From the NCBI GenBank assembly GCA_021791415.1, contig JAJYWQ010000064.1, positions 91,446 to 155,445 of the forward strand: a stretch of DNA of 64,000 nt, read 5' to 3'. The position numbers were made by a program, and so were the translations under genes. Positions within the stretch are counted from its first letter, which is position 1. The number at the start of each line of letters is the position of its first letter. Below, piece after piece: positions 57,193 to 64,000 of the stretch. Origin of the DNA: a bacterium. GTDB lineage: Bacteria > Chloroflexota > Dormibacteria > Aeolococcales > Bog-877. The notes beneath the pieces were generated by a model. That model saw nothing but the letters and a program-made list of their open reading frames with translations, was not told where the DNA came from and did not search any database.

Positions 57193-58662
57193 TCAGCTGG
57201 GGCAGCCGGCCGGGGCCGGGCCCAGGCTCAGGGGTGGTGACGCTGCCATCTCACCCGCCCCCGCCAGCGCGACCATCGCCACCGCACCACCCGCCGGGAC
57301 GCTGACCGTGGGCTGGGCCTCGACGTACGTGTAGAAGGCGGGGGCGTTCACCACCCCGCTGGCCACGGTGGCCACACCCCCCGTGCACCGATCCACCTCT
57401 TCCAGCTCCCAGCGCACCGAGTCGGAGGGGTGGGAGCCGAGCTGGGCGGTGACGTTGAACTGGCAGGCGCCACCGCCCGGGGAACACGAGGCGGTCAGAG
57501 CGACCTGCTGGACCGGGGGGGCGGAGGGCGGCCCGAGCAGGGGTATCTCCTCGGGCGGCCCGGATGGCGGAGCGGAAGGCGGAGGCGATGTCGGCGTTGC
57601 GGGCGGGCCGGCCGGAGTGGGGGTGAAGGCCGGCGGCGCCGGCGTGGACGCGGTGGCATGGGGGGCGCGGACCGGAGCCGGCGGATGGCCGCCCAAGGCC
57701 GCCGCAAGCACCCCTGCCGAGATCAGGACCACCGCCGCTCCCAGCAGGGCGAGGGCGGGCGATCTGCCCAGTGCCGGCCGCACGCCAGCACCCGAGCGCG
57801 TGGGCGGCTGGAGAGCGGCCCGGAGCGGCCCGGCGGGGACGGCGCCGGCAGGCATCGCCGCAGCGTCCGGCGGAGGGTCCCCGGCCAGGGTGGGCACCTC
57901 TCTCACGGTCGCGACCGCAGGAGCGTGCCCGGTCGCCGGGAGGGCCTGGGGCAGGCTGGCGCCCAGGGCACCCAGCTGGCTCCGCACTCGGCGGCGCTGG
58001 CGCGCATCCAGGGGCATGGCCCACCGCCAGGCGGCGAGCGCCAGCCCGGCGTCCGCCTCCTCCGCGGCGGCCCCTAGCCCCATGGCCACCGAGCGCAGCA
58101 GGGAGAGGGCCGACCCGTCCCTTCGGGCGGCGCCCGTGACCGAATCCAGCACCCGCTCAAGGAGCTGCCCGGCACGCCCCAGGTCAATGCCCGGAGGCTC
58201 GGCCCCGAGCGAGGCCCAGAGCCCCGGCTCCGCCAACCGAATGCGGCCGTCCGGGCCGACGAGCAACCGCTCCGCATCCAGGCGCTGCTGCACCAGCCCC
58301 CGCCGGTGCAGTGCGGCCAGCGCGGCCAGCATCCCGTCGCCGAGAAGCGCCGCCTGCTCCAGGGTGAGCGGTACCAAGCGGAGGACGGCGCGCAGCTCCG
58401 CTCCCTGTCGCGACCGGAAGGCACAGATCACGTCCCGTCCCTCTGCCACGGCGGCCTCCGGGGGCAGAGTCAGGGCGCCGGGGAGGCGCGCCGCCGCTCG
58501 TAGCCGCTCCACCAGCTCCTTCGCCTCGCGGGGGGAGCCGAGCTGGCGGCGGCGCAGCTCGCAACTCCTCCCCCCCACCGTGGGGCAGGTCCCCACCGGC
58601 TGCTCGGGTAGGTCGACCAGCGGGACCGTCGACCCGTCCCGAAACGAGATCAGTTCAGCCAT
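57193..58662 (-). CDS. Membrane protein with degenerate protein-kinase-like domain (pseudokinase-like), extracellular Pro-rich + Cys-containing C-terminal region
   Basis: 'LHRRGLVQQRLDAERLLVGPDGRIRLAEPGLWA' resembles a kinase catalytic loop/DFG region but is degenerate. A TM segment ('ALALLGAAVVLISAGVLAAAL') follows. Start at ATG 58662. Confidence 0.45.
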   Translation of the reverse strand: MAELISFRDGSTVPLVDLPEQPVGTCPTVGGRSCELRRRQLGSPREAKELVERLRAAARLPGALTLPPEAAVAEGRDVICAFRSRQGAELRAVLRLVPLTLEQAALLGDGMLAALAALHRRGLVQQRLDAERLLVGPDGRIRLAEPGLWASLGAEPPGIDLGRAGQLLERVLDSVTGAARRDGSALSLLRSVAMGLGAAAEEADAGLALAAWRWAMPLDARQRRRVRSQLGALGASLPQALPATGHAPAVATVREVPTLAGDPPPDAAAMPAGAVPAGPLRAALQPPTRSGAGVRPALGRSPALALLGAAVVLISAGVLAAALGGHPPAPVRAPHATASTPAPPAFTPTPAGPPATPTSPPPSAPPSGPPEEIPLLGPPSAPPVQQVALTASCSPGGGACQFNVTAQLGSHPSDSVRWELEEVDRCTGGVATVASGVVNAPAFYTYVEAQPTVSVPAGGAVAMVALAGAGEMAASPPLSLGPAPAGCPS

Positions 58663-58734
58663 CGTTGCTGATGACAGGCGAGGGTTACAGTTGACGCGGG
58701 CGCGCATGCAGGGTCCGGTTGGCGGGTGACGGAG

Positions 58735-59760
58735 ATGAGCTTGCTGTCGGCAGAGTTGGGCATCGACCTGGGGACCGCCAACACGGTGGTCTGCCGCCGC
58801 GACGGCACCATCCTTCTGAACGAGCCCTCGGTCATGCTGGTGACGGTGGGGGCGGACGGCAACCGTCGCCCCATCCTGGTCGGCCGCCAGGCCCGCGAGC
58901 TCACCGGACGGACGCCGGTGGGCATGGCCACGGTTCGACCGATCCGGGACGGCGTGGTCACCGACCTGCAGTCAGCCAAGGGGTTCATCAACGTGGTGAT
59001 CCACCAGGTCACCCGCCGCCCCTGGGAGCGCTTCCGCCCCCGGGCGATCTGCGGGGTCCCGGCCGGAGCGACCGGGTTGGAGAGGCAAGCCCTGGTGGAG
59101 GCGCTGGAGGAGGCGGGGATCGGGCACGCTGACCTCATCCCCGAGCCCGTGGCGGGGGCGATCGGCTGTGGCATCGACCCCCTGGAGGCGCGGGCGCACA
59201 TGGTGGTGGACGTGGGCGGAGGGACCGCCGAGGTGACCGCCATCTGCTTCGGGGGCATCCTGGCGGCCAGCTCATGCCGGGTGGCGGGCGACGAGATGAC
59301 CGCTGCCCTCAACCAGTACCTCCGCCAGGAGCACCACCTGATCGTCGGGGAGCTGACCGCCGAGGACATCAAGATCCGGCTGCGCAAGGTGGACTCCGCC
59401 CCCAGCCCCATAGTGGTCGAGGGGCGCGACGTGTTCAGCGGAAAGCCCCGGATGCAGACCCTGGACCCGGACGAGGCGGCGCTCGCCATCCGCCCCACCG
59501 TGGACGGGATCGTGGAGGCGCTGGCCGAGGTCCTGGACCGCCTGCCGCCCCAGGCGGTGGGCGACATCATGCAAGGAGGGGTGCTGGCGTTCGGCGGCGG
59601 ATCGCTGCTGGAGGGGTTCCAACGCCATCTGGAGGACGCCCTGGGCTTCTCCGTGACGCTGGCGGAGCGACCGCTCACCTGCGTCGCGGAGGGGGCGGCG
59701 AAGGCCCTCTCGCAGCCCCGGGTCCTGGCGGCGTTCAAGGGAGCCCCTCCCCAGGCCTGA
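58735..59760 (+). CDS. mreB: Rod-shape-determining actin-like protein MreB
   Basis: 'LGIDLGTANTVV' phosphate-1 motif and 'VVDVGGGTAEV' phosphate-2 motif. Confidence 0.85.
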   Translation: MSLLSAELGIDLGTANTVVCRRDGTILLNEPSVMLVTVGADGNRRPILVGRQARELTGRTPVGMATVRPIRDGVVTDLQSAKGFINVVIHQVTRRPWERFRPRAICGVPAGATGLERQALVEALEEAGIGHADLIPEPVAGAIGCGIDPLEARAHMVVDVGGGTAEVTAICFGGILAASSCRVAGDEMTAALNQYLRQEHHLIVGELTAEDIKIRLRKVDSAPSPIVVEGRDVFSGKPRMQTLDPDEAALAIRPTVDGIVEALAEVLDRLPPQAVGDIMQGGVLAFGGGSLLEGFQRHLEDALGFSVTLAERPLTCVAEGAAKALSQPRVLAAFKGAPPQA

Positions 59761-59770
59761 GCAGCACCGC

Positions 59771-62700
59771 TCACAGGTGGCCGGTGGCGGCCCAAAGGCG
59801 GGCCGCATGGGCGGCCCCGGGAGCCACCGCCAGCGCCGGGTGCCCCTTCGGTGGAGGCGCGACCGGTGGGGAGGCCGGAGGGGGGCCGGCGATGGGCCCG
59901 GGGGTGGTGGAGGTGATCGCCGCCTGGTGGGCGAAGTAGTACTTGAGAAGCTGGGCGACCGCGGGCTGGTCGGTGTAGTAGCCCTGGCCGCCTCCCCGCA
60001 CCAGCATGCTCGCCACCACCTGCGGGGTGGACATCGGGGCCATGGCGGTGAACCAGGCGTCAGGCCCGCCGTTGGGGGCTGTGGGGTCCTGGGCGGTTCC
60101 CGTCTTGCCCCCGGCGTCCACGTTCAGGGGATTGAGCATGTCGGCCGTCCCCTGGGTCACCGCCAGCCGGAGCCCCTGGCGCACCGGCCCCAGCTCTGAG
60201 GCCCAGGGCAGCGGCCGGGGCGCCGGAGCACGGAGCGGGGTGAGGGAGGAGTCGCTCTCCAGCGCCATGCCCAGCCGCGGAGTGACCTTGGCTCCGGTCC
60301 CCACCTCGGCGGTCCAGACCGCGTCCTGGATGGGGGTGGCCGTCACGTATCCCTGCCCGATGCCCAGGATCACGGTGGAGCCGGGGTACCAGGTCTGGCC
60401 CAGGCTGGCCACCGAGCTGGGGGTTCCCAGGTATCCCGGGCTCTCCCCGGGGAGGTCGATTCCGGTGGGCTGGCCGACCCCCATGGTCTGGGCCGTGCTG
60501 ATGAGGTTCTGGGCCCCCAGAGCCACCGCCAGCTTGTAGAAGTAGACGTCGTTGGACCAGGCGATGGCCTCCGGCAGGTCCTGGGGAGGGAGGGCCTCCC
60601 AGTTGTCGAAGGTGTGCCCGTCGTAGGTGAAGGTGTAGCCGGTGGGGATCACCTCGGAGGGGGGGATGGCTCCGTGGTAGACGTCCGCCGAGGAGACCAC
60701 CAGCTTGAAGTTGGAGCCCGGGGGCATCGCCGTCTGGGTGGCGTGCTCCAGGAGCGGGCTCCCGGGGGCGCTCAGGAGCTGCTCGATGGCGGCGGAGTCC
60801 CGGGGCGCCTCGAAGATCTGGTCGTTGTACGCCGGCCAGCTGGCCATCGCCAGCACCTGCCCGTTCCTGGGGTCGAGGACCACCAGGGCCCCCTCGTCCC
60901 CCCGCTGGGAGCCCGGGTAGGCACCGGAGATGGCCTTCTGCAGTAGTTGGGTAGCCAGCTCTTGCAGCGGCAGGTCCAGTGACGTGACCAGCGTCCGGCC
61001 GTTCACCGGCGGGACGGTGCGCCCCCAGCCGACCGGCACCCCCTGGGCGTTGACCAGGATCCCCTGCCACCCGTACGTGCCCCGCAGGACGGAGTCGTAC
61101 TGGGCCTCCAGCCCCGCCTGGCCCAGCTGGGCCCCGTACGGGAGAAGACCGATCTGTTTGACCTGCTGCGGGGTCTCGACCCCGGTGTAGCCGAGGATTG
61201 GGCCCAGCAAGGCGCCGTAAGGGTAGACGCGACCCAGCGCGGGCTCCACGATCACCCCGGGAACGGAGGCGGCCTGGAGCATCACCGCACGCACAGTGGG
61301 CAGCTGGGCGGCCAGGGTCACCACCCACCCGCCCTGGGTGGGCTGGGCCATCTCCGAGCGCAGCTGGCTGAGCGGCTGGCCGAGGAGCGCCGCCAGCTGG
61401 GACCAGCGGTCCTGGGGCACCAGCTGAGGGACCGCCACCACCTGGTCGGCGGCGGGGTCGGCGGCCAGCACGGTGCCGTGACGGTCCTCTATGAGGCCGC
61501 GCTCCGGGTTGAGGGGGATCCACCTGGTCACCTCGGTGAGGGCCGCCTGCCGGGCCTGGCTGCCGTCGGCCTGCTGGAAGTGATAGGCGACTCCCCCCAT
61601 GAGCAGGAGGCCGGCCGCCAGGAAGGAGGCCGCGGTCCTGGCGAGCCGGGGGCTCTGGCGGAGGCGCGGGGGAAGCCTCCAGAGCCGGCGGCGCTCGGCG
61701 TCCACTCGCCCGCCGAGGATCACCCCGAAGGCCGCCAGGTGGGCCACCGTCACGGTGCCGCCGTATGCCAGGAAGGGGATGGGGACACCGGCGAGCGGGA
61801 GGAGTCCCAGGTTGCCGCCCACGGAGAGGACCACCTCGCCGCCGACCAGCACCGCCATGATCCCCGCCATGAGGGCCACCTGGGGGGTTCGAGCCGAGGC
61901 CGCCGCCGACGCCAGTCGCCAGGTGAGCAGCGCGGCTGCGCCCAGCGCCACCACCCCGGCCACCAGCCCGTACTGCTCGATCAGGCTGGCGAAGGCGAGG
62001 TCGGTCTCCCGGGCCGGCAGGTAGGAGGCGAGCAGCTGGGCGATGGTGGAGTGGCCGATCCCGAGGAGCCCGCCGGAGGCGATGGCGATGTGGGCCTGCT
62101 CCAGGGTGAAGCCCCCGCCCGAGCCGCCCGCCCCGGACAGGAAGCTGTGCAGCCGGGCCAGCTGATAGGGCCTCAGGAGGTGCAGCCCCAGCGGCAGGAG
62201 GACCAACCCCAGAGCTCCGAGCCCCCCGATCACCCGCCAGCGCACCCGGCCCAGGACCAGCGCGGCGACCGCGATCAGGACCAAAAGGGCCGAGGTGCTG
62301 AGGTCGGGCTCGAGGAGGGTCAGGCCCACGGGGATCCCCGTGAGCAGGAGAGCAGCTCCCACCCGGGTGCGCTCGCGCCAGTCCCGCCGCGACATCACCT
62401 CGGCCAGGACAAGTGCCAGCCCCAGCTCCGCCAGCTCCGACGGTTGGAGCACGAAGGAACCGACGTCCAGCCATCGCTTGGCCCCGTACGCCTCGACCCC
62501 GTGGGCGGCCACGCCGAGGAGGAGGAGGACCGAGCCGGCGTACGCCAGCCTCCCGAGCCAGGGCCACCAGCGGCCGGGGGTGCGCCAGGCCCAGAGCATC
62601 ACCAGCAGCCCAAGGACCACCGACACGCTCTGGTGGAGGGCGAGGGAGGCGTCCCCCACCGCCACCAGGTTCATCACCCCCAGGGTGGCCAGCACCCCGA

Positions 62701-62833
62701 TCGCCGCAATCATCACGGGATCGACGCCCGGGGCCGCCTGGGCGATCGCCGGGCCGAGCCTCGACACCGGGGCCAGAGGGCTCCGGCGAGGGCGGCTCAT
62801 GAGGCGGTGGCGGCCACGGGGCATGGAGGGCAT
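59771..62833 (-). CDS. Fused SEDS glycosyltransferase (RodA/FtsW family) + class B penicillin-binding protein (PBP2-like transpeptidase)
   Basis: N-terminal ~400 aa form a 10-TM SEDS domain with 'LGLLPLAGVPIPFLAYGGT'. A TM anchor and PBP-dimerisation region ('TRWIPLNPERGLIEDRHGTVLA') follow. The transpeptidase motifs are 'PGSNFKLVV' (SxxK), 'SND' and 'KTGTAQ'. It is one continuous 1020-codon frame. Confidence 0.8.
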   Translation of the reverse strand: MPSMPRGRHRLMSRPRRSPLAPVSRLGPAIAQAAPGVDPVMIAAIGVLATLGVMNLVAVGDASLALHQSVSVVLGLLVMLWAWRTPGRWWPWLGRLAYAGSVLLLLGVAAHGVEAYGAKRWLDVGSFVLQPSELAELGLALVLAEVMSRRDWRERTRVGAALLLTGIPVGLTLLEPDLSTSALLVLIAVAALVLGRVRWRVIGGLGALGLVLLPLGLHLLRPYQLARLHSFLSGAGGSGGGFTLEQAHIAIASGGLLGIGHSTIAQLLASYLPARETDLAFASLIEQYGLVAGVVALGAAALLTWRLASAAASARTPQVALMAGIMAVLVGGEVVLSVGGNLGLLPLAGVPIPFLAYGGTVTVAHLAAFGVILGGRVDAERRRLWRLPPRLRQSPRLARTAASFLAAGLLLMGGVAYHFQQADGSQARQAALTEVTRWIPLNPERGLIEDRHGTVLAADPAADQVVAVPQLVPQDRWSQLAALLGQPLSQLRSEMAQPTQGGWVVTLAAQLPTVRAVMLQAASVPGVIVEPALGRVYPYGALLGPILGYTGVETPQQVKQIGLLPYGAQLGQAGLEAQYDSVLRGTYGWQGILVNAQGVPVGWGRTVPPVNGRTLVTSLDLPLQELATQLLQKAISGAYPGSQRGDEGALVVLDPRNGQVLAMASWPAYNDQIFEAPRDSAAIEQLLSAPGSPLLEHATQTAMPPGSNFKLVVSSADVYHGAIPPSEVIPTGYTFTYDGHTFDNWEALPPQDLPEAIAWSNDVYFYKLAVALGAQNLISTAQTMGVGQPTGIDLPGESPGYLGTPSSVASLGQTWYPGSTVILGIGQGYVTATPIQDAVWTAEVGTGAKVTPRLGMALESDSSLTPLRAPAPRPLPWASELGPVRQGLRLAVTQGTADMLNPLNVDAGGKTGTAQDPTAPNGGPDAWFTAMAPMSTPQVVASMLVRGGGQGYYTDQPAVAQLLKYYFAHQAAITSTTPGPIAGPPPASPPVAPPPKGHPALAVAPGAAHAARLWAATGHL

Positions 62834-63004
62834 CCGTCAGAGGGCTGCGTGGGTAGCGTCCGGGTTGGGCAGGGGTAAGCCTCCCCGCACCCCTCACCCG
62901 CTGCAACGCTGCCGGCGGCCGGGTTGTTTCGCCGCTCCCCATGGTGGCACCGATGGCCGACATCGTTGCCCGGGGACGCGGGCCGGGCCGCCTAAACTCG
63001 GCGT

Positions 63005-63400
63005 GTGGAGAGCGCCCACATCGTGCTGGCGGAGGACGAGCCGATGATCGGCCGCATTCTGGAGTTCAAGCTCACCCAGGAGGGCCATCGGGTGACCTGG
63101 GTCCGCTCGGCGGCCGAGGCCGAGGCCCTGTGCCGGGAGGGGGACGTCGATCTCTTGCTCTGCGATGTCACCCTGGAGGAGGATGGCCGGGACCTCTGCC
63201 GACGGCTGCTGGCCTCCGGCTCCGAGCCGTCAGCCGGGGTGGTCCTGATGCCGGAGCAGCGGGACCCCAGGGGGGAGGAGATGGCCCGGGCGGCCGGCGC
63301 TCGGGAGGTGGTGATAAAGCCCTTCAAGCCCACCATCGTGGCCGCCCGGCTGCGGGCGCTGCTGGAGGCCGCTGGGCGGGTGGCTCCCGGCCCTAGTTGA
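63005..63400 (+). CDS. Single-domain response regulator (receiver only)
   Basis: 'IVLAEDEPMIG...LLLCDVTLEEDG...VIKPFKP' is a CheY-like receiver. GTG start. Confidence 0.6.
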   Translation: MESAHIVLAEDEPMIGRILEFKLTQEGHRVTWVRSAAEAEALCREGDVDLLLCDVTLEEDGRDLCRRLLASGSEPSAGVVLMPEQRDPRGEEMARAAGAREVVIKPFKPTIVAARLRALLEAAGRVAPGPS

Positions 63401-63707
63401 GCTGCCCCAGCCCGCGCAGCTGTTCGAACCGGTAGATGCCGGTGTCGTGGCCGTCGGCCCAGATCACCTTGAGCCCATAGTTGCCCACGAGGGCCATGTC
63501 GGCCAGCTCGTCCTCCCCGGGGTGGAGCTCGGGATCCACCTCGAAGCGCCCCGGGGCCCCCAGCTCGCCGCGGCAGGAGGCGCAGGGGCAGGCGCGCCTG
63601 AGTTCTCCGAAGGCGATCACCTGCCGCCTGCCGTCCCGCCACTCGACCACCAGCGCCCGGCCTTCCTCGTCATAGGCGAACCGGGTGGGGGTCGGCAGTT
63701 CCTTCAC
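63393..63707 (-). CDS. DUF971-domain protein
   Basis: '[10 protein letters not shown]' CxC..C zinc-binding motif and '[15 protein letters not shown]' N-terminus. Confidence 0.55.
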   Translation of the reverse strand: MKELPTPTRFAYDEEGRALVVEWRDGRRQVIAFGELRRACPCASCRGELGAPGRFEVDPELHPGEDELADMALVGNYGLKVIWADGHDTGIYRFEQLRGLGQLN

Positions 63708-63763
63708 CTTCTCATGATCTCATCACCCCTGGCAGCGCCCCCAGCCGCTATCCTGGCCGCGCC

Positions 63764-64000
63764 GTGGCAAAGGATCATCTGAGCGACATCCACATCCTGA
63801 CCACCGACCCGGGCAGCCCCACCGACCGCAACCTGGCCATGGATCTGGTCCGGGTGACGGAGGGGGCGGCGATGTCGGCAGCCCGCTTCATGGGCCGCGA
63901 CGACAAGATCGCCGCCGACCGGGCCGCCGTCGAGTCGATGCGGCGCAGCCTCGCCTACGTCGACATGGCGGGGGTGGTGAAGATCGGGGAGGGCGAGAAG
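63764..64000 (+). CDS. glpX: Fructose-1,6-bisphosphatase class II, N-terminal part (continues beyond window)
   Basis: '[28 protein letters not shown]...VVKIGEGEK' matches the GlpX N-terminus. GTG start at 63764. No stop codon before the window end. Confidence 0.75.
   Translation, partial: MAKDHLSDIHILTTDPGSPTDRNLAMDLVRVTEGAAMSAARFMGRDDKIAADRAAVESMRRSLAYVDMAGVVKIGEGEK

Noticed and set aside
60060-62963. 967-aa minus-strand and 466-aa plus-strand ORFs
   Set aside because: These are alternate frames over the RodA-PBP2 fusion gene. They have no motifs and a degenerate composition.

Overview
This is a very high-GC (~70%+), gene-dense chromosomal segment from an actinobacterium-like organism. The actinobacterial assignment rests on PatA/PimA-like PIM genes, DUF3151, and the MoxR/DUF58/DUF4350/DUF4129/SpoIIM/RDD set. 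I found no rRNA, CRISPR array, integrase, transposase or relaxase. Housekeeping content includes an acetate module (acs, a LytS/LytTR two-component system, DUF485, actP), a class A PBP, hemE, folB, dtd, ispH, mreB, glpX (partial), one tRNA-Glu(CUC), and lipid genes (PatA-like, PimA-like, DegV, PlsY). The central part of the window (about 19.0-41.1 kb) is the most interesting. It holds two paralogous, co-directional type IV secretion-like gene sets. Set A encodes a VirD4/TraG-like coupling ATPase, a TrbC/VirB2-like small membrane protein, a VirB6/TrbL-like polytopic protein, a VirB3/TcpE-like protein, a VirB4 ATPase and a secreted CHAP peptidoglycan hydrolase. Set B encodes a VirB3-like protein, a second VirB4-like ATPase, an orphan protein, dtd, a second pilin-like protein and a second VirB6-like protein. 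The two sets are separated by ordinary housekeeping genes, and no relaxase or integrase is visible. This looks like a chromosomally domesticated T4SS-like machine rather than an ICE. Other notable points: three PcsB-like coiled-coil cell-wall hydrolases (two CHAP, one GH73) plus an SLT transglycosylase; a natural RodA-PBP2 (SEDS-bPBP) fusion ORF convergent with mreB; and a LytS-type kinase that lacks the 5TMR-LYT sensor domain. Many long Arg/Pro/Gly-rich antisense or alternate-frame ORFs in the six-frame track are high-GC artefacts and were rejected.
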